A stretch of DNA of 64,000 bases from a bacterium (GCA_965261595.1 CBDHDG010000007.1:1056001-1120000), one strand, 5' to 3'. Shown: positions 1-17,159, counted from the stretch's first letter. Program-made: numbers and translations. Notes: generated from the letters alone by a model not told the origin.

Positions 1-237
1 GATCCGCGTCGGCGAGAATTCTCCGAGCTTATGCCCGACCATGTTCTCCGTCACGTAGACCGGAATGAACTTCTTCCCATTGTGAACGGCGAAGGTGAAG
101 CCGACGAATTCGGGCGGGATCGTAGACCGACGGGCCCACGTCTTGATCACCTGCTTGTCGCCCGAGGCCTCCATCATCTGCACCTTCCGGATCAGGCCCT
201 CTTCCACATAGGGTCCTTTTTTCAGCGACCGGCTCAT
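1..237 (-). CDS. rpsS: 30S ribosomal protein S19, 3' end outside window
   Basis: Manual translation [13 protein letters not shown]...[48 protein letters not shown]; follows rplB. Confidence 0.97.
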   Translation of the reverse strand, partial: MSRSLKKGPYVEEGLIRKVQMMEASGDKQVIKTWARRSTIPPEFVGFTFAVHNGKKFIPVYVTENMVGHKLGEFSPTRI

Positions 238-256
238 TCCGCGCCCCTCCGATCCT

Positions 257-1084
257 TCACGACTTCCGCCTCCGGACGATATAGCGGTCCGAGGGTTTTC
301 CCTTTTTCCGCGTCTTGTATCCCTTGGTGGGCTTCCCCCACGGAGTCGTCGGGTGGCGTCCGCCGGACGATTTTCCTTCGCCCCCGCCCATGGGATGGTC
401 GATGGGATTCATGGCGACCCCGCGAACCTTGGGGCGGCGGCCCAGCCAGCGGGACCGGCCCGCCTTGCCGAGAGAGACGTTTTCGTGGTCCAGGTTGCCC
501 AACTGCCCGATGGTCGCGCGGCAGGCGAGGGGGACCATCCGAACCTCCCTGGAGGGAAGACGCACCTGGGCGTAGTTCCCTTCCTTCGCCATGAGCTGCG
601 CCTGGGCGCCGGCGCTCCGGGCCAGCTGCCCGCCCTTTCCGGGCTTCAACTCGATGTTGTGGATCACGGTTCCCAGCGGGATGGCGGACAGGGACATGGT
701 GTTCCCCGGCCGAATCTCGGCCTCTTCACCGGCCATGACCACGTGCCCGACCTGCGTTTTCATCGGCGTCAGGATGTACCGCTTGTCTCCGTCGGCGTAC
801 GTGATCAGGGAAACGCGCGCCGAGCGGTTCGGGTCGTATTCCACCGTCGACACCACGCCGGGCACCCCGTCCTTGTCGCGCCGGAAATCCACCTGGCGAT
901 AGCGCCGCTTGTGGCCACCCCCGCGCCGGCGCATCGTCATGCGGCCCCGGGCGTTCCTTCCCCCCGATCTCGGGGAGGGCGACAGAAGCCGCTTCTCGGG
1001 ATGGTCCTCGGTGATGTCGGCGAAATCCGACACCGTCTGGAACCGGCGGCCGGGCGACGTCGGATTGTATTTCTTGATGCCCAT
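257..1084 (-). CDS. rplB: 50S ribosomal protein L2
   Basis: [14 protein letters not shown]...VEYDPNRSA...[19 protein letters not shown]. Confidence 0.98.
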   Translation of the reverse strand: MGIKKYNPTSPGRRFQTVSDFADITEDHPEKRLLSPSPRSGGRNARGRMTMRRRGGGHKRRYRQVDFRRDKDGVPGVVSTVEYDPNRSARVSLITYADGDKRYILTPMKTQVGHVVMAGEEAEIRPGNTMSLSAIPLGTVIHNIELKPGKGGQLARSAGAQAQLMAKEGNYAQVRLPSREVRMVPLACRATIGQLGNLDHENVSLGKAGRSRWLGRRPKVRGVAMNPIDHPMGGGEGKSSGGRHPTTPWGKPTKGYKTRKKGKPSDRYIVRRRKS

Positions 1085-1110
1085 CGGGTCCAACTCTCCT
1101 TGCGAACGAC

Positions 1111-1404
1111 CTAGACACCTTCGAACAGGTCGATCCGGTCTCCCTCGCGGAGGCTCACAACGGCTTTTTTCCAGTCGGGCTTCCGGCCCTGGCGCGCCCC
1201 GACGCGTTTCTTCTTGCCGCGGTTGTTCAGGGTTCGGACTCCCAGGACACTCACACCAAACACCTCTTCAACCGCCCGCTTGATCTCGATCTTGTTGGCG
1301 TCTCTGCGCACGACGAACGTGACCTTGTTCGTCTCTTCGTTCGCCTGCGTGCTCTTCTCGGTCACCAGCGGGCGGCGGATAATGTCGCGGACATCCTTTT
1401 TCAA
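1111..1404 (-). CDS. rplW: 50S ribosomal protein L23
   Basis: RRPLVTEKS...[11 protein letters not shown]...WKKAVVSL; S10-operon position. Confidence 0.97.
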   Translation of the reverse strand: MKKDVRDIIRRPLVTEKSTQANEETNKVTFVVRRDANKIEIKRAVEEVFGVSVLGVRTLNNRGKKKRVGARQGRKPDWKKAVVSLREGDRIDLFEGV

Positions 1405-2110
1405 GACCCGTCCTCTCCCGCGGGGGCGGCCTCCGCGCCCGCGGCCTCATCGCCCGCCGACATGGCCGCCGCGTCCTTTCCGGACGCGCCCCGCAGCCTT
1501 TGCTGAACCGCCTCGATCCCCTCCCGAGAGCACAGGAGAATATTCGCGTGTTCGATATCGTACACGTTCAGCCCGGGGGCCGGCAGACTCTTCACCTTCG
1601 GGACGTTCCAACTCGCCCGCCTCAAGCCGGCGTCGAGCTCGGCCGTCACACAGAGCACCTTCCCGCCGGCGTCCAAACGATTCAGCAGCTTCACGACTTC
1701 GCTGCTTCGGGTCTCGGGCAACTCGAAGGTATCCAGCACCTTCAGATCTCCAGCGGCGATTTCCGGTTCAGGGCCGATATCAGCGCCGCCCGCCGGACCT
1801 TTTTGGGCGGCCGGAATTCGTAGCTTCGGGGCTTGGGGGGAAAGATCACCCCGCCGTGCCTCCACAGGGGAGATCGCCTGCGGCCGGCGCGGGCGCGTCC
1901 CGTCCCTTTCTGCCGCCATGGTTTGGCGGTGGTTCCGCTGACCTCGCTCCGCGTCTTCGCCGAAGCGGACCCGGCTCGCCGGGCGGCCAGCTGCATCACG
2001 ACCACCTCGTGGATGAGATGCTCCCGCACCTGACCGTCGAAGATCCCATCATCGAGATGGATTTCCCCGACGCGCTCGTTCTGATGGTTCATCACAGCTA
2101 GAACGGGCAA
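1401..2110 (-). CDS. rplD: 50S ribosomal protein L4, split by a 1-nt frameshift at about 1760-1762
   Basis: N-half (KTRSEVSG...[14 protein letters not shown]...SPLWRHGG) in ORF 1742-2110 and C-half (LNVYDI) in ORF 1401-1919; adding one A to the AAA run restores NRKIAAGDLK. Confidence 0.93.
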
Positions 2111-2113
2111 GTG

Positions 2114-2785
2114 TTATTCCCCCTCCGCCTCGCCGGCCGCAATCACCGGCGCGCGCGCGACGCGTTTGATCTCCAACACCCCCTGCTTCGCTCCGGGAAC
2201 GGCGCCTTTCAGCAAAATCAAGTTCCGCTCAACCATGACGCGGACAACGCTCAGGTGCCGGATGGTGATACGTTTATTACCCATCTGCCCCGGCAGGCGG
2301 TGTCCCGGGAAAACGCGCGAAGGCTGGGCGGAGTTGCCGATGGAACCGGGAGCCCGATGGAACTGCGACCCGTGAGAGGCCCGGCCCCCCTTCCATCCGT
2401 GACGCTTCATGCCGCCCTGAAACCCCTTGCCTTTGCTCGTCGCGGCGACGTCGACCACGTCCCCTCTGCCGAAAATTCCGGCATCCACGACCTGACCCAC
2501 TTGAAGCGCTTCCGATTCGTCTTCGTCAGGCAGGGGGAATTCCCGGAGAATGCGCGTGGGCGCAACCCCGGCGGCGTCAAAATGGCCCTTCCGGGGGCGC
2601 GTCGTCAGCTTCTCGCGCTGCGGCTGGAAACCCAACTGAACCGTCGCGTAACCGTCCCGCTCCATTGTTTTCAACTGAACGACGGGACAGGGCCCGGCTT
2701 CGATCACCGTGACGGAAATTTTGATTCCCATCTCGTCGAAGACCTGGGTCATCCCCAACTTTCTGCCCAAAATACAAGCCGTCAT
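2114..2785 (-). CDS. rplC: 50S ribosomal protein L3
   Basis: [11 protein letters not shown]...[13 protein letters not shown]...HRAPGSIG. Confidence 0.98.
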   Translation of the reverse strand: MTACILGRKLGMTQVFDEMGIKISVTVIEAGPCPVVQLKTMERDGYATVQLGFQPQREKLTTRPRKGHFDAAGVAPTRILREFPLPDEDESEALQVGQVVDAGIFGRGDVVDVAATSKGKGFQGGMKRHGWKGGRASHGSQFHRAPGSIGNSAQPSRVFPGHRLPGQMGNKRITIRHLSVVRVMVERNLILLKGAVPGAKQGVLEIKRVARAPVIAAGEAEGE

Positions 2786-2796
2786 CCCGGCCTCTC

Positions 2797-3105
2797 TCAG
2801 AGTTTGATCTCGACGTCCACGCCCGCCGCCAGCTCCAGCTTCATCAGCGCGTCCACGGTTTCCGGCGTCGGTTCCAAGATGTCCACCAACCGTTTGTGGG
2901 TGCGAACCTCGAACTGCTCGCGAGATTTCTTGTCGATGTGGGGGGAGCGGAGGACCGTCATTTTGTTGATCGCCGTCGGGAGCGGGACCGCTCCCGAGAT
3001 ACGCGCGCCGGTGCGCCGCGCCGTGCCGACGATCTCCTCGACCGACTGATCGAGGATCCGGTGATCGTAAGCCTTCAAACGAATCCTGATTTTTTGACTT
3101 TCCAC
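2797..3105 (-). CDS. rpsJ: 30S ribosomal protein S10 (GTG start; ATG at 3120 is an alternative)
   Basis: [15 protein letters not shown]...[15 protein letters not shown]. Confidence 0.97.
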   Translation of the reverse strand: MESQKIRIRLKAYDHRILDQSVEEIVGTARRTGARISGAVPLPTAINKMTVLRSPHIDKKSREQFEVRTHKRLVDILEPTPETVDALMKLELAAGVDVEIKL

Positions 3106-3140
3106 TGCCCGTCCATCCATATCCGGCGTTGGCCGGAGGG

Positions 3141-4331
3141 TTATTCGTTGATGTCGGTGATAACGCCCGCGCCCACGGTCCGGCCGCCTTCGCGGATCGC
3201 GAAGCGAAGCTCCTTCTCCATCGCGATCGGCATGATCAACTCCACCTCCACCGATACGTTGTCGCCAGGCATCACCATCTCTACGCCGTCGGGTAGACTC
3301 ACCACACCCGTCACGTCGGTCGTCCGAAAGTAAAACTGCGGACGGTAGCCGTTGAAAAACGGCGTGTGACGCCCGCCCTCGTCCTTTGTCAGTACGTAAG
3401 CCTCCGCCTTGAACTTGCGGTGCGGCATGATCGAACCCGGCTTCGACAACACTTGCCCGCGCTCCACATCCTCGCGCTTCACACCCCGAAGCAAAACACC
3501 CACGTTGTCGCCGGCTTGACCCTGGTCCAGAAGCTTGCGGAACATCTCAACTCCCGTCGCTACGGTCTTCGCCGTGTCCCGAAGTCCGACGATCTCCACC
3601 TCGTCCCCCACCTTCACGATCCCGCGCTCCACTCGCCCCGTCACCACGGTCCCCCGGCCGCTGATCGTGAACACGTCCTCAACAGGCATCAGGTAGGGCT
3701 TCTCGATGTCCCGGACCGGCTCCGGTATGTACGTGTCTATCGCGTCCATCAACGCCGAAATGCTCTCCGTCGCCTCAGGGTCGTCAGGATTGTTCAACGC
3801 CGCCAGCGCGCTCCCCTGAACCACTGGTATCTCATCCCCGGGGAAATCGTACTTCGACAAAAGCTCCCGCACCTCGAGCTCCACAAGCTCCTTCAACTCG
3901 TCGTCGTCCACCATGTCCACTTTGTTCAAATAAGCCACGATGTAAGGAACACCCACCTGACGCGCAAGCAAGATGTGCTCCCGAGTCTGAGGCATCGGAC
4001 CGTCGGCCGCCGACACCACCAAGATCGCCCCGTCCATCTGGGCCGCGCCCGTGATCATGTTCTTCACGTAGTCCGCGTGACCCGGGCAGTCCACATGGGC
4101 GTAGTGGCGGTTGTCCGTCTCGTACTCCACGTGAGCCGTCGCTATCGTGATCCCGCGCTCCCTTTCCTCGGGCGCCTTGTCGATCGAGTCGAACGGCACG
4201 AATTCCGCCTGACCCTTCTTCGACAGCGCAAGCGTGATCGCCGCCGTCAAGGTCGTCTTGCCATGATCCACGTGACCTATCGTACCTACGTTCACGTGCG
4301 GCTTCGTCCGCTCGAACTTCGCCTTGCTCAT
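3141..4331 (-). CDS. tuf: Elongation factor Tu (str-operon copy)
   Basis: [21 protein letters not shown] motifs; 396 aa. Confidence 0.99.
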   Translation of the reverse strand: MSKAKFERTKPHVNVGTIGHVDHGKTTLTAAITLALSKKGQAEFVPFDSIDKAPEERERGITIATAHVEYETDNRHYAHVDCPGHADYVKNMITGAAQMDGAILVVSAADGPMPQTREHILLARQVGVPYIVAYLNKVDMVDDDELKELVELEVRELLSKYDFPGDEIPVVQGSALAALNNPDDPEATESISALMDAIDTYIPEPVRDIEKPYLMPVEDVFTISGRGTVVTGRVERGIVKVGDEVEIVGLRDTAKTVATGVEMFRKLLDQGQAGDNVGVLLRGVKREDVERGQVLSKPGSIMPHRKFKAEAYVLTKDEGGRHTPFFNGYRPQFYFRTTDVTGVVSLPDGVEMVMPGDNVSVEVELIMPIAMEKELRFAIREGGRTVGAGVITDINE

Positions 4332-4430
4332 AACCGAGAATCCTTAGTTTGAACCTTCAGTCCAGAAACCGTTCAGCCGATGAAGCCGGCGGCGCCCAGC
4401 GTCGCAACCCACCCGCACGCCGGGCGGGTG

Positions 4431-6536
4431 TCACGTGACCAGGACCCCTTTCGCTCCTGAGACCCCCGTCCGCTGAATCATCTCCTCCGCCATCGAGGCC
4501 GTAACCTGCTCGTATCCGGCGACCTGCATGGTGTAATCGGCGCGGCCCTGCGTGGAGGATCGAAGGTCGGTTGCGTAACCGAACATCTCCGCCAGAGGGA
4601 CCAACGCGCTGACCACGTGGGCGCCCGCCCGTCTGGACATGCCCGAAATCTTTCCTCGGCGGGAGGTCAGATCGCCCATGACGTCGCCGAGATAATCCTC
4701 CGGAACGACGACCTCGATCTTCATCACCGGCTCCAGGATCACCAGACCGGCTTTTCGCATCGCCCCTTGAAAGGCAATGGAACCCGCGACCGAGAAGGCC
4801 ATTTCGGAGGAATCGACGTCATGGTAGGAACCGTCCACGACCGTCACCTTCATATCGACCACCGAGTAGCCCGCCAGGATGCCTGTATCGGCCGCCTGGC
4901 GCACGCCCTTCTCGACAGCCTTGGCATATTCTTTCGGGATGGCCCCGCCCACAATCGCCCACTCGAACACGATGCCCGAGCCGCGGGGAAGACTCTCCAC
5001 CTGGAGCTTGACATCGCCGTACTGACCGCGGCCTCCCGTCTGGCGAACAAACTTTTCCCGGACCTCCGCCGACCCCATGGAGGTCTCGCGATACGAGACC
5101 CGGGGGTTCGAGACATTGGCCTCGACCTTGAACTCACGCCGCAGGCGATCCACCAGAATCTCCAAATGAAGCTCGCCCATCCCCGACATGATGGTCTGGC
5201 CGGTCTCCGGATCGGTTCGGACCTGAAAGGACGGGTCCTCGGCGCCGAGCTTACCCAGGGAAGTCCCCAGCCTTTCTTCATCGGCCTTGGTTTTGGGCTC
5301 AACGGCTACGGAGATGACGGGTTCGGGAAATTCGATGGATTCCAAAAGAATGGGGGATTGACGGGCGGCGAGGGTGTCTCCGGTGGTGGTATGGCGCAAA
5401 CCGAGGAACGCGACGATGTCGCCGGTTCTGGCTTCCTGCATCTCCTCGCGCTTGTCGGCGTGCATCCGCAGGAGACGACCGATGCGCTCGCTGCGCCCGC
5501 GTCCGACGTTCAAAACCTGTTCACCCGTCCGAATCACGCCCGAATAGACCCGGCAGAATGAAAGCTGGCCCATATAGGGGTCGGTCATCACCTTGAAGAC
5601 AAGCCCGGCAAAGGGGGTTTCGTCATCGGGCGGACGGACCTCGACGGACCCGCCGTCCGGCTTCGCTCCCTGAACCGGCGGAACGTCGATTGGAGAGGGG
5701 AGATAATCCACAACCCCATCCAGAAGGGCCTGTAATCCTTTGTTTTTAAAAGCCGATCCGCAGAGCACCGGAACGCCCTGCCCCGTCACGGTCACCCGGC
5801 GAAGGACGGAGATCAATTTGTCCGTTTCGATCTCGCCGCCCTCCAGGTAACACTCCATGATGTCTTCATCCAGATCGGCCAGCGCTTCGAGAAGGCCGTC
5901 CCGCAGGGTCCGGGCCAGGGCTTCCATCTCCTCGGGCACCGGGACGATCCGGAAGTTGACGCCGGACTCATCCTCATCGTATATGCGGGCCTCCCACCGG
6001 ACCAGGTCGAGGATCCCGATGAAATCCTCCTCGCTCCCCCAGGGGAGCTGCACGACGAGAGGATTGGCCGCCAGGCGGTCCCGGATCTCTCCGACGACGC
6101 GCAGAAAATCGGCCCCGACGCGGTCCATCTTGTTGACGAAAGCGATGCGCGGCACACCGTACTTCTCGGCTTGCCGCCAGACGGTCTCCGACTGCGGCTC
6201 GACGCCGCCCACCGCGCAAAACACGCCGATCGCACCGTCCAGGATGCGAAGGCTTCGCTCCACTTCCATCGTGAAATCCACATGGCCGGGGGTATCGATG
6301 ATCTGAACCAGGTGATCCCGCCACATGCAGCTGGTCGCGGCCGAGGTGATGGTGATGCCGCGCTCCTGCTCCTGCGGCATCCAGTCCATGACGGCCGTGC
6401 CATCGTGGACCTCTCCCAAACGGTGGGTCCGGCCCGTGTAATACAGAATCCGCTCGGTGGTCGTGGTTTTGCCAGCGTCGATATGCGCCATCACACCGAT
6501 GTTTCGGATTTTATCCAACGGAATTTCCCTGCTCAT
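4431..6536 (-). CDS. fusA: Elongation factor G
   Basis: [35 protein letters not shown]...[11 protein letters not shown]; lies between rpsG and tuf. Confidence 0.98.
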   Translation of the reverse strand: MSREIPLDKIRNIGVMAHIDAGKTTTTERILYYTGRTHRLGEVHDGTAVMDWMPQEQERGITITSAATSCMWRDHLVQIIDTPGHVDFTMEVERSLRILDGAIGVFCAVGGVEPQSETVWRQAEKYGVPRIAFVNKMDRVGADFLRVVGEIRDRLAANPLVVQLPWGSEEDFIGILDLVRWEARIYDEDESGVNFRIVPVPEEMEALARTLRDGLLEALADLDEDIMECYLEGGEIETDKLISVLRRVTVTGQGVPVLCGSAFKNKGLQALLDGVVDYLPSPIDVPPVQGAKPDGGSVEVRPPDDETPFAGLVFKVMTDPYMGQLSFCRVYSGVIRTGEQVLNVGRGRSERIGRLLRMHADKREEMQEARTGDIVAFLGLRHTTTGDTLAARQSPILLESIEFPEPVISVAVEPKTKADEERLGTSLGKLGAEDPSFQVRTDPETGQTIMSGMGELHLEILVDRLRREFKVEANVSNPRVSYRETSMGSAEVREKFVRQTGGRGQYGDVKLQVESLPRGSGIVFEWAIVGGAIPKEYAKAVEKGVRQAADTGILAGYSVVDMKVTVVDGSYHDVDSSEMAFSVAGSIAFQGAMRKAGLVILEPVMKIEVVVPEDYLGDVMGDLTSRRGKISGMSRRAGAHVVSALVPLAEMFGYATDLRSSTQGRADYTMQVAGYEQVTASMAEEMIQRTGVSGAKGVLVT

Positions 6537-6558
6537 CGGTTGAACCCCGTCCTTATCG

Positions 6559-7029
6559 CTACCACCGATAGTGGGCAAAGGCCTTGTTTGCCTCGGCCAT
6601 CCGGTGTGTGTCGTCTTTTTTCTTGATGGCCGCCCCGGTGTTGTTCGAGGCGTCCAACAACTCCGCGGCCAGCCGCTCCTCCATGGTCCGCTCTTTTCGG
6701 TCCCGCGCAAAGGAAATGAGCCAACGGAAGCTGAGGGCCGTTTTCCGACTTGGCCGCACCTCGATCGGGATCTGATACGTGGAGCCCCCGACCCTGCGGG
6801 AGCGGACCTCCAAGCTTGGCTTCACGTTGTCCACCGCACGCTTGAAAACCTTCAGCGGGTTGTCCCGGGTCTTCTCTTCGATGATGTCGAAGGCCTGATA
6901 CATGATCCGCTCGGCCCGGTTCCTTTTTCCTTTCCACATCAGGTTGTTGATAAACTTCGCCACCAGCCGATCCCCATACTTGGGATCCGGTATGGTTTTT
7001 CTATCGCCTGTAATTTTCCGCCGCGGCAT
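6559..7029 (-). CDS. rpsG: 30S ribosomal protein S7
   Basis: [15 protein letters not shown]...[15 protein letters not shown]. Confidence 0.99.
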   Translation of the reverse strand: MPRRKITGDRKTIPDPKYGDRLVAKFINNLMWKGKRNRAERIMYQAFDIIEEKTRDNPLKVFKRAVDNVKPSLEVRSRRVGGSTYQIPIEVRPSRKTALSFRWLISFARDRKERTMEERLAAELLDASNNTGAAIKKKDDTHRMAEANKAFAHYRW

Positions 7030-7199
7030 CGTCCATCCTTATCCAGCCGGTTTAGCCGGTCGCGGCCGGCAGACCGCCAGCGTCGCTGAAAAAGACAACC
7101 CCCTCTGCTCGGCGGTAGAACACTTCCCCGCCGCGCAACCCTCCATCTTTGCTCACCACCTGCCAGGGAACAGTAAAAGGCGTCTTGTCCCCCGGGGTT

Positions 7200-7574
7200 T
7201 TAGTCCTTCGGGCGTTTGGCTCCGTACTTCGACCGGCTTTGCCGGCGACCTTCCACACCCACAGTATCCAAGGCGCCCCGAATCACGTGATACCGGACGC
7301 CGGGAAGGTCTTTCACCCGCCCACCCCGGATAAGAACAATGGCGTGCTCTTGAAGATTATGTCCGACGCCCGGGATATACGTGGTGACCTCCATCCCGTT
7401 GGTCAGACGGACCCTCGCCACTTTCCGCAGAGCCGAATTCGGCTTCTTGGGGGTCGATGTGTAAACCCGCAAACAGACGCCGCGCCGTTGCGGGCATTGC
7501 CGCAACGCCGGACTCTTGCTCTTCAATTTGGCCTTCCGCCGGCCCTTGCGCACCAACTGATTGACGGTCGGCAA
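7200..7574 (-). CDS. rpsL: 30S ribosomal protein S12 (TTG start)
   Basis: PTVNQLVRK...[17 protein letters not shown]...[10 protein letters not shown]. Confidence 0.99.
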   Translation of the reverse strand: MPTVNQLVRKGRRKAKLKSKSPALRQCPQRRGVCLRVYTSTPKKPNSALRKVARVRLTNGMEVTTYIPGVGHNLQEHAIVLIRGGRVKDLPGVRYHVIRGALDTVGVEGRRQSRSKYGAKRPKD

Positions 7575-7656
7575 ACTGACCCCTCCACAGAAAGCGGTCC
7601 GGCCGCACGAGCGCACTTCGCCGCACGGCCGGAAAGGTTATGGTAAAATCCTTCCT

Positions 7657-7684
7657 AATCTAACACTTTAAAGGCTTGTGTCAA
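7657..7684 (-). promoter_or_regulatory. Putative sigma70 promoter of the str operon
   Basis: Minus strand TTGACA-N16-TAGATT with a TG extended -10, in the AT-rich gap upstream of rpsL. Confidence 0.55.
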
Positions 7685-7755
7685 GCCCTTTGCTGAACTA
7701 ACGGCCATTTATCCGGGTCGGGATGACCGCGGAACTGCTCTAGGCCGGGGGAAAC

Positions 7756-11952
<4,197 letters not shown>

Positions 11953-11991
11953 CGCCGGTCCTCCTTTGGTGGACTAGTGGTGTCCCGGGCC

Positions 11992-14900
11992 TCAGCCCTC
12001 GGTCCCGACTCCGTTGCTCCCGGTCCCATCGGTGACGGATCCGGCTGCCGGGACCGCCTCGATCAACTCGACGTCCAACACCAGGGATTGCAGCTCCTTC
12101 ATCATCACGTTGAAAGATTCCGGGAGACTGGCCTCCAGGGCGCTTTCCCCCTTCACGATGGATTCGTACATTCGGGTCCGGCCGGCGATGTCGTCGCTCT
12201 TGACGGTGAGCATCTCCTGAAGGATTCGGGAGGCCCCGTACGCCTCGAGCGCCCACACCTCCATCTCGCCGAGCCTCTGCCCGCCGAACTGGGCCTTGCC
12301 CCCCAACGGCTGCTGCGTGACCAAAGAGTAGGGTCCCGTGGAGCGGGCGTGAATCTTCTCATCCACCAAGTGATGGAGCTTCAGCATGTAGATGTACCCC
12401 ACGGCCACCTTCTGGTCGAAGGGGACGCCGGTCCGTCCGTCGTACAACTTGGTCTCTCCGCTCTCGGGCAGGCCCGCGTCCTTCAGGGCCTTGCGGATAT
12501 CCTTCTCCTTCGCCCCTTCGAACACCGGCGTGGCGAACTTGAACCCCAGGACCTTGGCGGCCCAACCCAGGTGGGTCTCGAGGACCTGGCCCACGTTCAT
12601 CCGGGACGGCACACCCAAGGGGTTGAGAATGATCTCGATGGGTTGCCCGTCCGGCATGTAGGGCATGTCTTCTTCCGGAACGATGATGGACACCACGCCC
12701 TTGTTGCCGTGGCGGCCCGCCATCTTGTCCCCGACCTGGAGTTTCCGCTTGACGGCCACATAGACCTTGACCAGCTTGATCACGCCCGGCGGAAGCTCGT
12801 TCCCCTTGCGCAGCTTGGCGATCTTCTCCTCCATCAGGCTCTGGACGTAGTCGACCCGCGTTTTGACGGCCGCTTCGATCTCCGCCACTTGCGTCCGCAG
12901 CTCGCCCGGCATCCCGTCTTTGAGGGCGTTGAAAGTCCGGACGGGCAGCCCCTCCAGAAGCCCCGGGTCCACCGTCGCGCCCTTGGAGAGGAGGGTCTTG
13001 TCGGTGCGCGGATCGACCACCCGGGAAACGACCTGCCGTTTCGCGATCAGGGGGCGGATCCGTGCGTCCCGATCCTCTTCGAGGATGCGGATCTCGTCCT
13101 GATAGTCCTTCTCGATCTTGGCGACCTCGTCCTCTTCGATGGCGACGGCGCGGGCGTCCTTGTCCACCCCGCGCCGGGAGAAGACCCTTACGTCCACCAC
13201 CGTCCCCTCGACGCCCGGCGGGACGGTCAGGGAGGTGTCCCGCACATCGCCGGCCTTCTCGCCGAAGATGGCCTTGAGGAGCTTTTCTTCCGGGCTGAGC
13301 TGGGTTTCACCCTTCGGGGTGACCTTGCCGACCAGGATGGACCCGGCACCGACCTTGGCGCCAATGCGGACGACCCCGCTGTCATCCAGGTCCTTGAGCG
13401 CCTCTTCGCCCACATTGGGTATGTCCCGGGTGACCTCCTCCTTGCCCAGCTTGGTGTCGCGGGCTTCCACTTCGAATTGCTCGATGTGGATGGAAGTGTA
13501 GATGTCCTCCTTGACGACCTTTTCGCTGATGACAATGGCGTCCTCAAAGTTGTAGCCGCGCCACGGCATGAAGGCGACCAGAACGTTTCTTCCCAAGGCC
13601 AATTCGCCCTGTTCGGTGGCCGGCCCGTCCGCCAGGACTTGCCCCTTCTTGACCTTCTGGCCGAGCTTCACGATGGGCTGGTGGTTGAAACAGGTGTTCT
13701 GGTTGGACCGCCGGTACTTGGTCAGATTGTAAATGTTGACCCCGGTCCCTTGGGTGGATCCCTTTTTCCGGCTGTCCTGGGTCCGGACGACGATCCGGGA
13801 GGCCTCCACGTCCACCACCTCCCCGTCCGTCCGGGCCAGGATAACGGCCCCGGAATCCGTCGCCGCGACGCCTTCCATCCCGGTCCCGACAAGGGGGGCC
13901 TCCGGGCGGAGCAGGGGAACGGCCTGACGCTGCATGTTGGACCCCATCAGGGCGCGGTTGGCGTCGTCGTTCTCCAGAAACGGGATGAGCGAGGTGGCCA
14001 CGCTCACCAACTGCTTGGGGGAGGCATCCATGTAACCCACTTCGTCCGGCGACGCCATCACGAACTCGCCCCCCGTCCGGCACGAGATCCGGTCGTTGAT
14101 GAACTTCCCGCCCTTGTCGATGGGGGCGTTGGCCTGGGCGATGGTGCATTTGTCCTCGTCGATGGCCGTTAAAAACTCCATCTTGTCCGAGACCCGCCCG
14201 TTCTCGACCTTTCGGTAGGGGGTCTCGATGAACCCGAACTCGTTGACCCGGGCGTAGGTGCTCAACGACGAGATCAGGCCGATGTTCGGCCCCTCGGGCG
14301 TCTCGATGGGGCATATCCGGCCGTAATGGGTCTGGTGCACGTCGCGGACCTCGAAACCGGCCCGCTCACGGGTCAACCCGCCGGGACCCAGGGCCGAGAG
14401 GCGCCGCTTGTGCGTCAGCTCGGACAGCGGGTTCGTCTGATCCATGAACTGCGAGAGCTGGGCGCTGCCGAAGAACTCCTTGATGGCCGCGGCGATGGGC
14501 TTGGCGTTGATGAGGTCATGGGGCATGGCCGATTCCAGGTCGATGATGCTCATCCGCTCCCGGATGGCCCGCTCCATCCGAACCAGCCCGATTCGGAACT
14601 GGTTCTCCAACAACTCGCCCACGGACCGGACCCGCCGGTTTCCCAGGTGATCGATGTCGTCCACCACCCCCCGGGCCGAGCGCAGCCCGACCAGGTAGAC
14701 CATGGTCTTCACCACGTCCTCCTGCGTCAGGGTCCGCTGGCTCAGCGGAAGCGAGAGCGCCAGCTTCGAGTTGATCTTCATCCTCCCGATCCGCGACAGA
14801 TCGTAGCGCTTGGAGTTCAGGAAGAGGTTGTCGAACAGGGCCCGCGCGGTTTCCCGCGTGGGGGGATCGCCCGGCCGGAGCCGCTTGTAAATCTCGATCA

Positions 14901-16098
14901 GGGCGTCCTCGGGGTTGTCGACCTTATCGATCTTCAGGGTTGCGAGGATGGTCGCGTCGAACCCGGATTCGGGATGATGGATGATGTAGAATTTTCGGAT
15001 CTTGGCTTCGGCGACGGCCTCCAGAACATCCGGCGTGATGGGCTCTCCGGCCTCGAGGATCACCTCGCCCGTTTCCTCGTTGACGATGCTCCGGGCGGCC
15101 GCGCGCTCAAGAAGGCCTTCGGGGTCCATTTCGACCGATGAAAGCTTGAGCGCCTCCATCCGCTCGTAGACCTTCCGGGTGATCTTCCGGCCCACCTTGG
15201 TCAGGGGGTCCCCCGATTTCGGATCAACCAGGTCCTCCGTGGCGCGCTGACCCACGATGAGCTCGGAGATCTTCTGCTTGAACCCTCCCGACTTGGGGTC
15301 GGCGTTGATCTCTTCCTTAGAATAGAAGGCCGCCAAGATCTCCTCGGTGTCCACCCCCAGGGCCCGCAACAGGGTGGTGGCGGGCAGCTTGCGCCGCCGG
15401 TCGATTCGGACGTAGAGGATCTCCTTTGAGTCGAACTCGAAATCCAGCCAGGATCCCCGGTAAGGGATGACCCGGGCGGCGAACAAGTGCTTTCCGCTGT
15501 GAATCGGCCCGCTTTCCCGGCTGAAGAAGACCCCGGGCGAGCGGTGCATCTGGCTGACGACGACCCGCTCGGTCCCGTTGATGATGAAGGTCCCGTTCTC
15601 GGTCATCAGGGGGATTTCGCCCAGGTAGACCTTCTGCTCTTTGATGTCCTTGACAACGGGTTCGCCGTCGAGACCCTTTTCCGTCAAAACCAGCTGAACG
15701 ATGACGCGCAGGGGGTCGCTGTACGTCATCCCCCGCTCGCGGCACTCGTCCATATCGTGCCTGGGGCGGTACGTGAGCGGCTCCCGGGACTTGGGGTCCA
15801 CCACACCCGGCCCGCCCAGGCCCCTGAACTCGCCCGATTTCGACATCCACGACCCGATCTCGTAACCCACGTAATTCAGAAAGGCCGTTTCGTTGAAGTC
15901 GCTGATGGGGAAAACGCTTTGGAAGACGTTTTCCAGGCCCTCGTTCTCCCGCTCGGAAGGCGAGGCCTTGGATTGCAGAAACCGCCCGTAGGACACAAGC
16001 TGAATTTCGATCAGGTTGGGGATTTTGACGACCGACAGGCTTTTTCCAAAGTTGATTCGCCCGTCTTGTCCATTGCTCCGGTTTGTCTCTTTCGCCAT
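11992..16098 (-). CDS. rpoB: RNA polymerase beta subunit
   Basis: [40 protein letters not shown]. Confidence 0.99.
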   Translation of the reverse strand: MAKETNRSNGQDGRINFGKSLSVVKIPNLIEIQLVSYGRFLQSKASPSERENEGLENVFQSVFPISDFNETAFLNYVGYEIGSWMSKSGEFRGLGGPGVVDPKSREPLTYRPRHDMDECRERGMTYSDPLRVIVQLVLTEKGLDGEPVVKDIKEQKVYLGEIPLMTENGTFIINGTERVVVSQMHRSPGVFFSRESGPIHSGKHLFAARVIPYRGSWLDFEFDSKEILYVRIDRRRKLPATTLLRALGVDTEEILAAFYSKEEINADPKSGGFKQKISELIVGQRATEDLVDPKSGDPLTKVGRKITRKVYERMEALKLSSVEMDPEGLLERAAARSIVNEETGEVILEAGEPITPDVLEAVAEAKIRKFYIIHHPESGFDATILATLKIDKVDNPEDALIEIYKRLRPGDPPTRETARALFDNLFLNSKRYDLSRIGRMKINSKLALSLPLSQRTLTQEDVVKTMVYLVGLRSARGVVDDIDHLGNRRVRSVGELLENQFRIGLVRMERAIRERMSIIDLESAMPHDLINAKPIAAAIKEFFGSAQLSQFMDQTNPLSELTHKRRLSALGPGGLTRERAGFEVRDVHQTHYGRICPIETPEGPNIGLISSLSTYARVNEFGFIETPYRKVENGRVSDKMEFLTAIDEDKCTIAQANAPIDKGGKFINDRISCRTGGEFVMASPDEVGYMDASPKQLVSVATSLIPFLENDDANRALMGSNMQRQAVPLLRPEAPLVGTGMEGVAATDSGAVILARTDGEVVDVEASRIVVRTQDSRKKGSTQGTGVNIYNLTKYRRSNQNTCFNHQPIVKLGQKVKKGQVLADGPATEQGELALGRNVLVAFMPWRGYNFEDAIVISEKVVKEDIYTSIHIEQFEVEARDTKLGKEEVTRDIPNVGEEALKDLDDSGVVRIGAKVGAGSILVGKVTPKGETQLSPEEKLLKAIFGEKAGDVRDTSLTVPPGVEGTVVDVRVFSRRGVDKDARAVAIEEDEVAKIEKDYQDEIRILEEDRDARIRPLIAKRQVVSRVVDPRTDKTLLSKGATVDPGLLEGLPVRTFNALKDGMPGELRTQVAEIEAAVKTRVDYVQSLMEEKIAKLRKGNELPPGVIKLVKVYVAVKRKLQVGDKMAGRHGNKGVVSIIVPEEDMPYMPDGQPIEIILNPLGVPSRMNVGQVLETHLGWAAKVLGFKFATPVFEGAKEKDIRKALKDAGLPESGETKLYDGRTGVPFDQKVAVGYIYMLKLHHLVDEKIHARSTGPYSLVTQQPLGGKAQFGGQRLGEMEVWALEAYGASRILQEMLTVKSDDIAGRTRMYESIVKGESALEASLPESFNVMMKELQSLVLDVELIEAVPAAGSVTDGTGSNGVGTEG

Positions 16099-16171
16099 TC
16101 TCCACCCCTATTCGGGACCCAAAGACAAAGGCCCGATTCGAGCCCGGACAAAAAACCGCTCTAACGCGCGC

Positions 16172-16555
16172 TCAGCTGATCTCCGCTTCCGCTCCGGCTT
16201 CGGTCAGCTCTTTCAGGATCCCGTCGGCCTCGTCTTTCGGAATTCCCTCTTTCACCACCCGGGGCGTCGCGTCCACCAGCTCCTTGGCCTCTTTAAGCCC
16301 CAGACCCGTCAGGGACCGGACGGCCTTGATGACGGCGATTTTCCCGCCGCCGATGCTCGTCAGGGTCACCTTGAACTCCGTCTGCTCGGCTTCGGCCTCG
16401 GCCTCCCCGCCGCCGGCGGCGGGCGCGGCGGCCATCATCATCCCGGCCGCGGACACCCCGAATCTCTCCTCCAGGGCCTTGACGAGATCGGCCAGCTCCA
16501 TGACCGACATGCTTTCGATGTGGGACATGAAGTCTTCTTGCGTGATTGTGCTCAT
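16172..16555 (-). CDS. rplL: 50S ribosomal protein L7/L12
   Basis: [10 protein letters not shown]...[24 protein letters not shown]. Confidence 0.98.
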   Translation of the reverse strand: MSTITQEDFMSHIESMSVMELADLVKALEERFGVSAAGMMMAAAPAAGGGEAEAEAEQTEFKVTLTSIGGGKIAVIKAVRSLTGLGLKEAKELVDATPRVVKEGIPKDEADGILKELTEAGAEAEIS

Positions 16556-16610
16556 CAATCTTTCTCCGTTGTCCAGCGCCCGGCCTTCGCCGGACCACTT
16601 TTCCCGGCCG

Positions 16611-17132
16611 TTAGGATCCGCTTTTTTGATCCCGGATGGCCGAGAGCGTCATGACCAAATTGACCAATATCCCGTTCAGCGCCCGGACCAGCCCCGTGAT
16701 GGGGCCCTGGAGGGTCCCGAACAACTGGGCCAGCAAAACCTCGCGAGGGGGCAGCTTCGCAATCCGCTCCACCTCCGAGCCGTCCATCAGGTTGCCGTCG
16801 AACATCCCGCACTTGATCTCCAAGGCCGGATGGGCCGCGGCGAACTTCGACAGCTCCCGGGCCGGCTCTATCATCTCTCCATCGCAGAACGTCACGGCGG
16901 TCGGACCCTGGAACTCCTTGTCCAGAATCGAGAAAGGCGTGTCCTGGATCGCGAGGCGGACCAGGCGGTTCTTGACCACCTGCATCTCGGCCTGATTCGC
17001 CTTGAGCGCCCGCCGCAGCACTGTGATCTCCGAAACGGTCAGGCCCCGGAAATCCGCCAGAATGGCACCCCGGGCATTCTCGAAACGCGCCCGAATCTCC
17101 ACCACCTTTTTCTCTTTGGCCGCTGTCGCCAC
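16611..17132 (-). CDS. rplJ: 50S ribosomal protein L10
   Basis: [11 protein letters not shown]...VVKNRL...[11 protein letters not shown]; between rplA and rplL. Confidence 0.97.
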   Translation of the reverse strand: MATAAKEKKVVEIRARFENARGAILADFRGLTVSEITVLRRALKANQAEMQVVKNRLVRLAIQDTPFSILDKEFQGPTAVTFCDGEMIEPARELSKFAAAHPALEIKCGMFDGNLMDGSEVERIAKLPPREVLLAQLFGTLQGPITGLVRALNGILVNLVMTLSAIRDQKSGS

Positions 17133-17159
17133 CGTGTTGCTCCCTCCCGGGTTCGGACG

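Noticed and set aside
6537..6710. N-terminal extensions in the ORF track for fusA (also tuf 21064, nagZ 24850, cyclase 28187)
   Set aside because: They overlap neighbouring genes, a tRNA or intergenic DNA; downstream starts match family N-termini
14380..14480. Resistance alleles in the RpoB rifampicin cluster and in S12
   Set aside because: Key residues (D, H, S of cluster I; both S12 lysines) appear wild type
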